The notes under the pieces were generated by a model, which was given only the letters and a program-made list of their open reading frames with translations, was not told where the DNA came from and made no database searches. From Octopus sinensis (Eukaryota), in assembly GCF_006345805.1 (NCBI RefSeq), contig NC_043000.1, positions 87,792,001 through 87,856,000 of the forward strand: a stretch of 64,000 nt of DNA, in the 5' to 3' direction. Below are positions 35,753-49,633 of this stretch, piece by piece; position 1 is the first letter of the stretch, and every line of letters begins with the position of its first letter. A program made the position numbers and the translations under genes.

Positions 35753-37874
35753 CCCTTTCATTACTATATTTCTGACCAAAATACACCCCTTATGTGTTTC
35801 AATTAATTTCTAACGTAATCATAAATTTAGTCTGGTTTCATTAAACAACTATAACTTTTTTATTTATGAATATATTAATCTGATTTTTGGAAGATAATTT
35901 AGTGAAATGTTCTCAACCAATTCTATACTATAATTTTTGTCACAAAGTGACTCTAATTGCAGGTAGATACAGGTAAATTCAACAATATATAAAATTATTA
36001 AAATTTTGTTCAAACATCGCAATAGAAAATGGGTTATTAGCTAATATTCAATTGGGTATACAACAAAATTTTACGATAGAATTTGTTATTCTGGGTAACT
36101 TTCTGATACCCATAATAATATTTATGGCAAAATAGGCCTTAATTTAATTTAAGGTTGTGGGAAATAACAAACTATCCTTTCTTTTGCTTCGTTTACGTTT
36201 AGCGTAATGATTTCAAATAGGCTCATTCGAAAAAGTAAAAAGAAATAGTTTAAGGCTTTATACTCTTCTGGGAAAGTCTGTGGCTTGGTGCAGTTTCTTC
36301 AGAAAAATCACTGAAAGAAACAGTTTTTAAATTTTCACTCCATTCAGGTACCAATTCATTTTCTTAATCGCTGTCGGATTCACTGTTTTCACTTTAATAG
36401 CTGCAAACTTGCAAAGACAAAGGAGGAGAAGGGTGATAGCGTCAGTGAAACAGTCGCTCCCTTTGTGTGTGTGTGCGTTTGCATGTGGTGTATCCCACAT
36501 TAAGAAAAACATTTGACATATACACCAGAATGTGAGTTTTCTCTAAATTTTGCTTAATTGGGGTTGAAATTTTAAAAACCGGACCTGGCATGACCCGATG
36601 CATTCTACTCTTAAAAATGCTAGGTAAATTGTAATTGAAGAAATCCTATATTGTAGATTTCTATAACTTACAAAGGGAGGCAGATAAAATGTGCCTTTTA
36701 TAATAAGAGATATGCATCACACTATCCTATGCATTATATATATATATACTAGAACTATGACCTGGCAACGAGTACTGTCCAAATCTCCGACCAATCACAT
36801 ACAGCTAGCTGGAATTCAATTGGCGTATCAAGTTTTGGGAATTTTGATTGGGTTTTGGATAGAAAATTCACAAAAGAGTCACTTTTATTGATTTTTTAAT
36901 GGCTTTGTGGGGTGACTGGGGAAATGTAAAGATGTGCGTGACCACCCTTGGACGGTTTTGAATGACCATAGAAAGTGTGGGCCCTCTAACTGAAAAATTG
37001 TGGATTTGTATAAAGGACACACACACAGACATTTTGCAGTTTATATACATACTAGCAGTATCGCCCGGCGTTGCTCGGGTTTGTAAGGGAAATAACTATA
37101 TAAGCATTTTTAGAGAGTTATAGCCAAAAAATAGCAAAAAAATGCATTAAAAATTGAAAAAAATTAAGGTAAATTTCTTTTTAAATCGTTGACACATCGT
37201 AGATGTTTTTAGAGAGTTACTTCCCTTATATAAAAGCGAAAAAAATGCATTAAAAATTGAAAAAAATTAAGGTAAATTTCTTTTTAAATCGTTGACACAT
37301 CGTAGATGTTTTTAGAGAGTTACTTCCCTTATATAAAAGCGAAAAAAATGCATTAAAATGGAAAAATATGATGGTAAATTTTTTTAAAATCGTAGACTCA
37401 TCGTAGATGCGTGCTAATACCCAGAAGGGCTTGATATGAATCACGACTATAAGATACCCACTTTTGGTTAAACTGCACCGCAAAATGTGGGAGTAGTTAG
37501 GAATCTAAATTGTAGGAGACAGACACACAACTTCACTCTTATATAAAGATGCTTTTTTTTTCAATCATAGAGTTAGATTTATGAAGGTCTTCAGTAGAAA
37601 ATCCTTCGAATTCTGACTCGCTGCTTGATATAATGAAATTCGTATCCATTTTTTGTCAGAATTACAAATTTTGAAAACACAATAGGAACAAATTTCGGAA
37701 AAAAATCTCCCATAATTCACGGAATTAAAATTACACTTCGATTTTTGTACAAAACTGTATTTGAAGTGTTTACGAAGTATAATACGTGTTTTCACGAATG
37801 TACTAAAGAGATTTACTCTGATATTCTCATTTAAATATGAATAGGTAAATTCGGGCGGTTTGGTAACGAAAGGG
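35753..37874. mobile_element. piggyBac-type non-autonomous element with nested Helitron-like insertions
   Basis: TTAA|ccctttcattacta ... tggtaacgaaaggg|TTAA. Confidence 0.75.
36749..37549 (-). mobile_element. Second copy of the H1+H2 Helitron-like composite
   Basis: Near-identical to 34941-35640, including the upstream flank atatgcatcacac.atcctatgcatta; H1 has an extra ~100-bp internal tandem unit. Confidence 0.8.
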
Positions 37875-38015
37875 TTAAACGGATGCATACATAACTATAT
37901 ATAAGTGTCGTCTGTTTATACATAAACACTGTTTCATACTTTCAGTTTAGTCTTCCTCAAATCACTCTGTCGCTATTTACTCTCTTCCAAGAACATTTTC
38001 ACTCACTCTTATCTC

Positions 38016-38502
38016 TTAGCTTGCCATACATTTTACTCATGTATCTATCAGCGTGATAGACAGAAACAAATATTATATCACCAACGCCATCGCATTCTAT
38101 TGTCTACCTGTCAACACACCTTGCCATACATTTTACTCATGTATCTATCAGCGTGATAGACAGAAACAAATATTATATCACCAACGCCATCGCATTCTAT
38201 TGTCTACCTGTCAACACACACACAGTGAATTAGTTTCACTTTATTCGTTGCACACTGTGTGTGTGCGTTTGCGTGTGCTGTAAACCAGACTAAGAAAAGC
38301 ATTTGACATACACACCAGAATGTGAGTTTTCTGTAAATTTTGCTTAATTGGAGTTTAAATTTTAAAAACTGGACCTGGCATGACCCGATGCATTCTACTC
38401 TTAAAAATGCTAGGTAAATTGTAATTGAAGAAATCCTATATTGTAGATTTCTATAACTGACAAAGGGAGGCAGATAAAATCTGCCTTTTATAATAAGAGA
38501 TA
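38016..38502 (-). mobile_element. Helitron-like element H3 (related copy at ~36330-36712)
   Basis: Minus-strand 5' end a|TCtcttattataaaaggca; 38258-38500 matches 36470-36712; ~100-bp tandem pair at 38020-38220. Confidence 0.6.
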
Positions 38503-40745
38503 TATATATATAAGAAGCTTGACTCCCAAGCAGCCCCACTGCACAGCAACAAGGGCAAACAATTTCTACAATAGCCTTGGGTTAACCAAAGTCTCATGAA
38601 TAGATTTGTTAGATGGAATTTGGAAAAGAGATCATATATATTGTCTGTAAAGCATTCAGTCGGAGTCTTTGAGGGACATAGGTTTGAGTCCCATGGCTGG
38701 TTGTTGACAAATTTTCCCACCATGTAAGGGTAATTTACCCAGTATTTTTACTGCTCTAACCACAATTCAGCATTCGAAAAAATATATATATTATTTCATA
38801 GACATAATACATGTTTTTATGTGCTACTAATACTTTCATGTTGAGAAATACCTCAAACATATTCATCAGGCACAAACCACACACCATAATGAACTAAAAA
38901 CTGAATGAGAGGAGAAGCACAAAAAATTGAGAAGGAAGCATACAGAAAACATGGAAGGTTAAAAAATGGAAAGCAAAAAACGGGAAACGAAAAAGTAAAA
39001 CATAAAAAGTTAAAAAGGTAAAAGTGTTATTCTCCTTAGACCTTAAATTATAAGGCTGGAAAGATATCAAATTAATAAGGTATATGTGGAATTTTCCAAT
39101 TCTTCAAAATGTACTTAGACACATGTTTAGAACTGCTGAAAATTTCAAACCTAATGTTCAATAGTAAGGGATCTTAGATCTGAAAACGATCTGAATTCTT
39201 TCAGCTAAACATAGGATGTATCAGGTGTAATGGCTCCTTTTTATTATTGATTCAATCTCCTCCACTACAGGGATAGTCATACTTTGTACTACGTACTCCC
39301 AGTAACACTAAAACCTTCATTGCATTGTTGTATTTTCTACTTCAACAAGCATCTTTGATCTTAGGAGTAGCCATTGTTGTTGTAATAGTCATGGTATCAA
39401 ATGTTTGGGAGGATGAGACATTTGTTGTTCTGTTTATCATGAGAGTCCACTAGAGAATCATGATTGCAGTTGAGATATGCTAGTTGCAGTGAGGCTGCAT
39501 CCACTGGTGTAATTTCTAATAAAAAAGTAAGGGTCAACAAAAGAGCCACAATTAAAACATAATTTGGTGGATAACCATAGACTAAAAGTGCAAATGATAA
39601 GGTAGAAATAGAACTTTTGGAAAACTCAGCTCATCAGCTGGTTTCCATACAATGGAAAAGTGCTGGAAACCACATTACTTCATTCACCTACCCTTTAAAT
39701 ATGAAGCATCATATATCAATGTTTTAACATCATCTTTTCCATGCTAGCATGGGTCAGATGAGAGTACAGTGGAGTAGAGTTTTCTATGGCCGAGTGCCTT
39801 TCCTGTCACCAACCCTCAATTGTTTCCAAGTGAGGTCATATTCCATGAGTTTACCAAATAAATAAACAGCCTGGACACAATATGAGAAGCTGGAAACAAA
39901 AGTTCTACTTGAATAAGTCTACTGCTCACAAAGATCATGCAATGTGTCAAGGCATGTAAAAAAATGTACACCTTCATGGTTTTGCAGTGGACTGCAAGCA
40001 TAGAGCATTGTATGAACAGTGAAGCCTATTTTCTACGGCATTCAAATCTACATGAAAATAAGGAGAAACACAAACTCATTAACACTCATGTGCACACAGA
40101 TATACATGCATCTACATGAGTGTGCACACATGTGCATGCACATTGGAAGTTCAAAATGTAAGGTCAGTTTTGCTTTTCATCATTTCAGGGTTTATAAATG
40201 AAGAGGTACAAACTAATGGTGTAACCGAGAGGCTGTTGGACTGGATGCCTCATATCTATTCCAGCTCTATGTGTTCTGATAACAACTCCTTCAACATCAC
40301 TAGTGCCAAGTAAATCATAGTGATCTTTCCATTCCATTACAAAAAACATTGTTTGTATACTGCTAGCAGGGAGGTAAATCCCTGCCACATCTAGTGCCAA
40401 GACCACTGGAGCATGTGATTTCAACCTTCCTTGATATTGTCAATGATATACACTTGACCACTAGAGATTGCAGCAATTCATCTCCATGCCAAAGTATTTT
40501 GCATTAAAAGCCAATATAAGTGTTTCTCTCGTGCTAACTACTGCAGTATAGCTTATTCTATCAGAACATCTATGTTTAGGTGGGGATAAATATTACCTTT
40601 AAGTATTAATACAGCCTCTGTCACTTATAAATATATTTTAACAGGCTCACTGACTAATCGAAACACTAGCATCTGTTCTGGCACTGTTATTCTATTTATC
40701 GCTGGTGGGGGAAATGAATTGCTGCTATCTCTAGTAGTCAAGTGT

Positions 40746-40792
40746 CCATCAGTGACAAGACCAAGGAAGGTCGAAATCATGGGATCTGGTGG
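40746..40792 (+). ncRNA. Degenerate type I hammerhead-like motif
   Basis: ccatca-GTGACAA-GACC aaggaa GGTC-GAAA-tc atgg ga-TC-tggtgg. Confidence 0.5.
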
Positions 40793-41198
40793 TCTCAGCA
40801 CTGGAGGTAGTGGGGATTTATCCCCTGGCTAGTGATATTAACAAGAGGCACCAAAAGCCAGGATGCGAGTTTCTCTCATGGTAACTACTGCAGTATAGTT
40901 TGAACAGAACATCCACATTTAAGTGAGGATAGATTATTTTTTAAAGTCTGCTACTTATCCTATTGGTCATTTTCGCTGAACTGCTATGTTATGGGGCTAT
41001 AAACAAACCAACACTGGTCATCAAAGTGGGGTGTGAGATAAATACACAAACACATGATGGACTTCTTAGAGTATCTGCCTACCAAATCCATTCACAAAGC
41101 TTTGGTCAGTCTGAGGTTATAATAGAAGACACTTATTCAAGATACCATGCAGTGAGACTGAACTTGAAATCATGTGGTTGGGAAAAGTTTGCATGGGT

Positions 41199-41710
41199 AA
41201 GTACCCTGACCTCCTAATATGCTGCAAATCCCATATTTTGGTTTAGAAAAAAGAAGGGGGTAGGGTGAGGTGGGCTCCCCTCCCCCATCCTGGAATTTCT
41301 TTTTTTTTCATTGAATGGATTCCTGTGACCTCCTAATATACTACAAAACACTTTTGGGGGTCCAAAACACAGGGTGAGGTGAGGTGGAAGCCTTGGAAAT
41401 TTCACTCCCTACCTCTATTAATCTTTTCACCAGCACGATTTTCACTAAGGTAAAAAAATAAAAATCGGATTTTTTTTTGCATGGAATCAAGTACCCTGAC
41501 CCCCTAATATGCTGCAAATCTCTTATTTTTGTTTGGGAAAAACAAAAATAAGTAGGGCGAGGGGGAGCCCGCTATCCCGGAATAATTGCGAATTTTTTTT
41601 ATTTTCATTGAATGAATTTGTGACCTCCTAATATGATACAAAACCATTTTTGGGGTCCAAAAAACGGGGTGAGGTGAGGTGGGAGCCTCGGAAATTTTAC
41701 CCACTCTCAA
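41199..41710. repeat. ~290-bp tandem pair with internal ~110-bp subunits
   Basis: aagtaccctgacc.cctaatatgctgcaaatc and gggtgaggtgaggtgg.agcct.ggaaattt are each present twice. Confidence 0.75.
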
Positions 41711-41778
41711 CATTTTACAGAGTGTGAATTACATGGCTTGTTATTAAATATATATAGTAGAGAATGTGACATCTATAT

Positions 41779-41828
<50 letters not shown>

Positions 41829-41831
41829 CAT

Positions 41832-41875
<44 letters not shown>

Positions 41876-42284
41876 GCATGCAAACCTTCAATACAACCTT
41901 CTCCAATGCATATCTTCTTCGCTGCAGCCTTGACCGATAGTACCCCTAGGAGGGGTTGGGACTAGATTGGGATTAGTCACTGCCTTTTAGTGGCTCCGAG
42001 CCCTCTTTCGCTAGGTTAGCTTAGGCTTAGGTTAAGGCTACATTGTGATCTGAACATAACCTCTTCTGACACAGAGGATCGGGAGACCTTTTGAGTGTTC
42101 TATTTTCCTTGCTAGATGGGCTCCCAACCCATGGGCCAAGTGGGGGTTAGATGATGGGGGTGGTGATTTCAAGAGGGCTGGCATGTGCAACCTGATCACC
42201 TCTGCCGGTCAAACTCCCAACCCATGCATTACTGTTGCGACACTGACTCTGCAGAACTGGGTTGGGTGTGAAAACCAACTTTAA

Positions 42285-42780
42285 AGTATAAATATAGATA
42301 TTTTGAATCAGCAATATTGTGTTCGGTTAAATCCTATCTGGGGTGAAAAATCAATAAACTGATTCCTTATGGGGTTTTCCATTCAATCAGGATGAAAAAT
42401 CTATAAACCAATTCCATATAGGATTTTCCACTAAAATTGGCTATACCCATTTTCAAACATTTTTACCAATTTTACCAATTTTGATGTATTTTGTTCAAAC
42501 TTGATACTGATGTTACTTAGGACTCATGGGATCTTTGAATACTTTAAGTTCTCCAAAAAACAAAAACAAATCTATGGGTGGAAAAAAAATCGATAAACCG
42601 ATTCCTAATGGGATTTTCCAATCAAATTGTCTGCAACCCATTTTCAGCCAAACATTTACCAATTTCAATGCATTTTGCTCAAATTTGACGTCGATGTTAC
42701 TTAGTTTGGTTTGAAACAAAGCACTTGATTAGCTTAATAATCCTAACTGAATCCTGGGCAACGCTGGACTATACTGCTAG
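42285..42780 (+). mobile_element. Helitron-like non-autonomous element
   Basis: Ends cctgggcaacgctggactatactgCTAG|t; internal ~45-bp subrepeats (aaaaatc.ataaac..attcc.tatgggattttcca). Confidence 0.6.
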
Positions 42781-43892
42781 TATATATATATATATATATA
42801 TATACATATATATATGATGGCTTCCAACCAATCTACTCACAAGGGTTTGGTTGGTCTGGGGCTATAGTAGAAGACACACACCTAAGGTGCCATGCAGTGG
42901 GACTGAATTCAGAACCATGTGGTTGAGAAGCAAACTTCCTGCCATCCACTCATGCCTGCATCTATATATATATCTATGTATAAACACATATCTTTCATAA
43001 AATATAGATATTGCTAACACAGATGAATACATTATTTGTTCTACTTCACTTTGACCTCTCTTGTCCGTTAGTCTTATGACCTTAAATCAACCTTTGGTAG
43101 TGGCTGTGCCAGTCTGATGTACTTGTCATATACATTACTTAACTTATTGTATGTCTATTGTCTGAGAAATGTGATTTAATTACTAAAATCATTTCTGAAT
43201 TTGTGATGGCATCACAGACAACTTTGCCACTATATAAGCATACAAAGTTCTAGACTTTCTGTCACAGTTGATTCTTGTTTATAGAGTTCTGGCAACAGAC
43301 ACAGACATGAACACAAGTAAATCTATATATGTATATACATTTCTGTGTGTGCTTGTACACACACACACACACACATTAACAGAGATAAAGACAGGGGAAA
43401 TATCAGTAACCAATCTATCCTATAGAAGCTGAAACACTTCTTACCATAACCATGCACTATTTTTTTTGGCAGAAACTTCATCTTCTTGAATCTGGTTATG
43501 TTGTAGTTGAAGGTCAATTTCTGCGTGCCGACCCTTAGAAGAAAAAAAAAGAAAAAAATAGTTAAAAAAGAAGTAAAATAAAAGAAGAGAAAGATAATAG
43601 AAAACAAGGGCAACATAAAAGAAAAACAAGCAAACAATATGAATGTATTAAGGAGTCCTATCCAATGCATCTCAGCATAGAAAGGTTTATGTAGAAAAAA
43701 CAAAAAAAAAAATGCAGCTGCTGATGATGAGGATGGGATGATAACAACAACAATGATGGTGATGAGTATGATGATGTTAATGATGGAAATGGTGAGTACA
43801 GCAACATAAAAAATTTTACTATTTTAGACCATGAACTGAAAATATGAAAATGGGGAAAAAAAAATATATATATATATATGTGTGTGTGTTTG

Positions 43893-44304
43893 CAGGCATG
43901 GCTGTATGGTAAGAAATTTGATTTGCAACCACATGGCTCCAGGTTCAATCCCACTGCATGGCACCTTGGGGGAAGTGTCTCCAACTACAGTCTTGGGCTG
44001 AGCAAGCCTTGTGAGTGGATTTTGGAGATGGAAACTGAAAGAAGCCTGTTATATATACATATATATATGCATATATCTATCTGTGTGTGTCTGTATTAGT
44101 CCACTCATCACTGTTTGACAACTGGTGTTTGTGTGATTACGTTTCCATAACTAAGCGGTTCGGTGAAATAGACTGATAGAATAGGTACTAGGCTTACAAA
44201 GATTAAGTTCTAGGGGTAGTTTCTTCAACTAAAATAAAAACCTTTAAAGCAGTGCTCCAGTATGGCTGCAGTCAAAAGATTGAAACAAGTAAAAGAATGA
44301 AAGA

Positions 44305-44305
<1 letters not shown>
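43893..44305 (+). mobile_element. SINE family A
   Basis: Collinear full copy, diverged. Confidence 0.8.
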
Positions 44306-44340
<35 letters not shown>

Positions 44341-45501
44341 TCATCATCATCGTCGTTTAACGTCCGTTCTCCATGCTAGCATGGGTTGGACGGTTATGGA
44401 AGCCAGAAGGCTGCACCAGGCTCCAGTCTAATTTGGCAATGTTTCTACAGCTGGATGCCCTTCCTAACGCCAACCACTCCGTGAGTGTAGTGGGTGCTTT
44501 TTACATTTATATATATATATATGTGTATATGTATGTATCACCTGCTGTAGTTTACAGAATGTCAAGTCTGCAGTATCAAAGAAGAAATATTCTATAATTA
44601 TTTACACCTAGAGGAGGTATCAAACTCATTTGATCCTCAGTAAGCTTGAAGCATCATAGTAGAGGACATGTACATAATACCAAATTAGAATCAAATTAGG
44701 ACCCTTTATTTATAAACTAGGTGCTGAAACATTTTTGATCATAACCATGCACTACTGTTTTTTTAGCTTGTATTAATTGTCCAGGTTTAGTTTCCATACC
44801 AGTATTTGAGTAGATATCAAGAGGATGCATAACCTAGTGACTAGTGTGTTGCACTCAAAATCTTGCATCCGTGGTTTCAGTTCCTACATCAGGTGAAGCT
44901 GTGTATTCTTGAGCAAAATACTTCATCTCAGGTTGCTCTGTGATCACCTCAGCACTTGATGCATAGTACACTGTTCACCTGTTCAGGTAACACCGATTTG
45001 ATGAAAGATGTCAAGTAACGTACAGCATATACTCTTGATTACTGTCAATTTATCAGGTCATTTGGCTAATGCTAAACACTCATACATTGTCTTCAACAGG
45101 AGAGTACAACATCATGTCTAAGAAGTTCTACTCTAAATAATTCAACTGAGTTTATGTTGTTTAGCCCCAGGTCAACCCCAACTGAGCAGGCCTTTGACAA
45201 AACCCTTCAAACTGTGACTAGCTTTTCTTTTTCTTGATCAGGTATTACATTATTATAATTCCATGCTTTTGGAATTGAGAAAATAGTTACTGTAATAGTC
45301 ATTAGGAATCAGGTACAATTTCCCTAGAAAATATAGTATGCAACGTTTTGATCATGAATTCGTGTTGCAAAAAATTGATCGGAAACAAGAGCAACATCAT
45401 CATCATTATTATAATTATTTACCATCCATATTCCATGCTGGCATGGGTTGGACAGTTTGAGAGGATCCTGTGGGCACAAGGAATGGCTTGCTCTTCCTAA
45501 T

Positions 45502-45737
45502 TCTTATTTCTTTATTGCCCACAAGGGGCTAAACACAGAGGGTACAAACAAGGACAGACAAAGGGATTAAGTCGATTACATTGACCCCAATACGTAACTG
45601 GTACTTAATTTATCAACCCTGAAAGTATGAAAGGCAAAGTCGACCTCGGCGGAATTTGAACTCAGAACATAACAGCAGATGAAATACCGCTAAGCATTTC
45701 GCCTGGCGTGCTAACATTTCTGCCAGCTCACCGCCTT
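45502..45737 (-). mobile_element. SINE family B inserted into an RTE tail
   Basis: Flanked by a direct repeat tcttcctaat (45492-45501 and 45742-45751). Confidence 0.85.
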
Positions 45738-47181
45738 ATGTTCTTCCTAATGGCCAACCACTTTACAGCATGCATGGGGTTCCTGAGAGAGGCAGCTTCA
45801 AGCTAGAAAGTGACAGGTTAAAATATCAGAAAAGGGGCCAGAACAGCCAAATGGGAGGACAAATAACCTCTAACAACTGAAATTTGGATATACAAGGATG
45901 GACATGGAGTTCTATGAAGGTGCATGTCTCAGTGGTTAGAGTGTCAGGTTCACAATCATGACATAGTGAGCTTGATTCCTGGACTGGGCTGTATTGTGCT
46001 CTTGAGCAAGACACTTCATTTCACGTTGCTCCAGTTCACTCAGCTGTAGAAATGAGTCGCAACATCACTGGTGCCAAGCTGTATCAGCCTTTGCCTTTCC
46101 CTTTGATAACATTGGTGGCATGGAGAAGGGAGGCTGGTATGTATGGGCGGTGACTGCTAGTCTTCCTTGAACAACCTTGCCTAGACTTGTGCCTAGGAAG
46201 GGAACATTCTACATGAAATTTCATGGTCATTTATGACTGAGGGGAGTCTTTACCCATTTACATAGAGTTTGAAGCATTGGCTCACTGTTGCACTATCTCT
46301 GTGATGTAGCATCACTGATTATGTTATATGTGGTGTGTGAGTCTGTGTGTTTGAGCTCTTGTTTTGACATCATGTGACAGTTATAAATGAACATCACCAT
46401 CATATAGGCATTGTTGTTTATTTTCAGTTTTCTGTGAAAATCTCAGGATAATCAAGACTGTTTTTGGAAATATTATGTTGGTTAGAAACAGGTGTGTCTG
46501 GCAACAGAAAAGGCATGCAACTGTAGAAAAATACCTCAACAAATTGCATGTGCTCCCTGCAAGCATGGAAAAGTGGATGTTAAATCATGAAGAATGATGT
46601 CAATATGTGGGCATGTGACAGGCTTCGTTTGGTTTCCATTTACCAAATCAACTCACATAGTTTTGAAAAGCTCAGAGCTTTTGTACAAGACAATTGCTTA
46701 AGTTATTTTGCAGCAGGTGTGATACCATAACAACATAGTTACATATTTCTGAAGCAAACTTCTTAACTGCACAGCCATGTTAAGTAGGCACATATATATG
46801 TGTGTGTGTGTCCCTTTAAAGATATGTGAAACAGGAGACCCCTACAGGTAAGGATTAGCAAGAGGAAAGGCACTCAATTGTAAAACATTGCTTCAATAAT
46901 ATATTCATGTAACTCATGCTAGCATGGAAAAACAGATGTAAACCAAATGAATGAATGAAATTGGTCCAAGCTTTACCATTTCAGTGGTCAATCAAAAAAC
47001 AACAAAGTTGCAGCCCCAATCCAATGAGAAAGTTCCTATATAATGACCTGCCTTGGTAAAAACAGCAGCCAAATTTCCCTCTCACTTCGAAATATAATCT
47101 TAGAAAAGTAAATACATTGGATAATATAATCCACTACTTGAAGATACAAGGTGAGACTCTCACAACTGATCTGGGGGTTAA

Positions 47182-47401
47182 CCCTTTCGTTACCGTATTT
47201 ATTTTGAGATGCTCTGTTTTTCTTTGAATTACTTTAAATATAACAAAGAATTTAGTAAAATAGCTTAGTTATCATTAAGCTAGTGTTAGGAACATAAATT
47301 GTGACTAAGTTTTGGTGGAAAATTTTAATTCAAAACTTATAAAAACAAGACATTTGTACTCAGAACCAGGGCCGGTTTCAGCCGGGTTGGTAATGAAAGG
47401 G
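47182..47401 (+). mobile_element. 220-bp piggyBac-type MITE
   Basis: TTAA|ccctttcgttacc ... ggtaatgaaaggg|TTAA. Confidence 0.9.
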
Positions 47402-49042
47402 TTAAACAACAATGACAACATCAACAATATAGAGTTAATTCAATTATATCCATCCTAAATGCACAAAACTGTTGGAGGCAAGCAATAAAATTGTGGTTAT
47501 CTGAGTAGTATACTATTTTGAATTCTTAATTCATCAGGAAGGCAGTGTCATCTTTAGAAATAATTTATAGTATATTATATATTTTGTTGTTAGTATTTCT
47601 TATAAAACTGTGCTCATTTGTATGATTTGAAAAGAAAAGAACCAAGTTTGACAGGTATGAAAAATCTAATTTTCTAGTGAGCAATAAAGTTGTTTATCTA
47701 ATTTCCTTGTATGACTTTTGCAAATATATTTCATTGTAAGTAGTTGTAAAATTTTTGTTTATTCTTTAGAAATATCAACTAGTTGTACTAAAAGCAATAA
47801 AACAAAACACTCCACCAACCCCTAAACATACAAAGAAACTGCAAAAAAACCACTTAGACACAACAAGCAAAAATTATCAAAACAATTTCTGAGAAAATGG
47901 CATAAACAAAGTACGCCAACAAAAACAGGAAAATATATGAAAAGAAGATAAGAGGAAAAAATGATAAGAGAAAATAAAAATATAGTTTTATAAAACTTAG
48001 TTGTGAATAAATAAATAATACACAAGAAGTTTGCGACTAACCCTCAGGCTGAGATGAGCAAACATCAAATACAATGGTGATAGACAATATTAAAATGTGA
48101 GATGCATCACTGCCACAACAAAAGATAATCAATAAAATAAATTAGAAAAGAAAACAATGTTAATTGTACCTTTAACATATAAGCCATTTGTAGTAAATAG
48201 ATAAGCTGAGTTAAATGTTTTGTTTGGTGATATTTTTTTCTTAGATGCAAAATACATAAATTAAGCTAGCATATTTTCTATCAGTGACAGCCCTCACCCT
48301 GTGCATCAACTACTTCCAAATTATTTAAATCATTTAAAGAGTGCTTTGTGTCAATAGGGATGAATTTAGCTAAGATATTTTCTGTCAGTGGCAGATCTCA
48401 GGCTGTACATTAACTAATTCCAAACTATTTAAAAGCTATGTCCTTTCTTCCTAAGTGTACACAATTGAAACATCATTAAATTAAAAATAGCCATCCAGGT
48501 ATTGAACTTAATATATATACACTGTTGAGAGGTATGTTGGTGTAGAATTTTTGTCGGAGAGAAAACTGCTTCTTAGATGTACTGTTTTAAAAACACAAAG
48601 TCATTCTGACAACAGCTAGAGATAATACTAGGTGTATTTTGGCCTTTTTGCACTTTGTCGATAACGTGTACTCCCTAATCATCTGCCAAGAGGAAATATC
48701 TCTCTTCTAGTACTTAGGAAGTAGTGAATAGTACAATTACTGATATTACATATAGCTGCTGGGATGAATAAAAACACAGACTATCAACTGATTTCTCCAG
48801 TCATGCTTTGTATCATAAAGAGGGAACGGAGGAGGGAGTAAAAGTGAGATGCAGAAAGAGTGAATACAAGAAGTGCTGAAGAAGGTCATAATTTTCCAAA
48901 AATTTACCACACCCTTCCATTTTTCATATGAAATTTTGCAGAGATAGTTTTTCAATGAGGTAGATTGTGATCATGTTGACAAAATTTAGAAAATTAATAG
49001 CATACATTTATTGCAAATTTATTTTACTTAATTATATTTTAA

Positions 49043-49262
49043 CTCTTTCGTTACTGTATTTATTTTGAGATGCTCAGTGTTTCTTTCAATTACTTTAAAT
49101 ATAACGAAGAATTTAGTAAAATAGCTAAGTTATCATTCAGCTAGTATTAGGAACATAAATTGTGACTAAGGTTTGGTGGAAGATTTTAATTCAAAACTTA
49201 TGAAAACAAGACATTTGTACTCAGATCCAGAGCCGATTTCAGCCAGGTTGGTATCAAAAGGG
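49043..49262 (+). mobile_element. 220-bp piggyBac-type MITE (same family)
   Basis: TTAA-flanked and collinear with 47182-47401. Confidence 0.9.
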
Positions 49263-49390
49263 TTAAAGTATTAAGTATACTTCCTTTGAAAAATAATTAG
49301 TATTACTAGGCTCAAGTACAGCTGTGTGAATAAGAGGTTTATTTCCCAACCACATGGTTTTGGGTTCAGTCACACAGGGCATCACCTTAA

Positions 49391-49611
49391 CCCTTTCGTT
49401 ACCAACCCGGCCAAAACTGGCTCTGGCTCTGTAGTACAAATGTCTTGTTTTCATAAGTTTTGAATTAAAATATTCCACCAAACCTTAGTCACAATTTATA
49501 TTCCTAACACTAGCTGAATGATAACTAAGTTATTTTACTAAATTCTTTGTTATATTTAAAGTAATTGAAAGAAACACAGAGCATCTCAAAATAAATACAT
49601 TAACGAAAGGG
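49391..49611 (-). mobile_element. 220-bp piggyBac-type MITE, inverted copy, inserted into a SINE A head
   Basis: TTAA-flanked reverse complement; splits the SINE A sequence ggcatcacc|ttaa|ggaagtatcttctactata. Confidence 0.9.
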
Positions 49612-49633
49612 TTAAGGAAGTATCTTCTACTAT

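Noticed and set aside
39240-39520. Thr-rich minus-strand and hydrophobic plus-strand frames resembling a mucin stalk or TM helix
   Set aside because: There are stops in both readings, and the two patterns are antisense images of each other.
42010-42165. Telomere-like ttagg motifs and a possible G-quadruplex
   Set aside because: Only two or three degenerate ttagg units; the G-runs are separated by long loops; it lies within a probable old repeat.
48560-48955. 7TM-like hydrophobic fragments on the minus strand
   Set aside because: Interrupted by stops in all frames; the resemblance is too weak to support.
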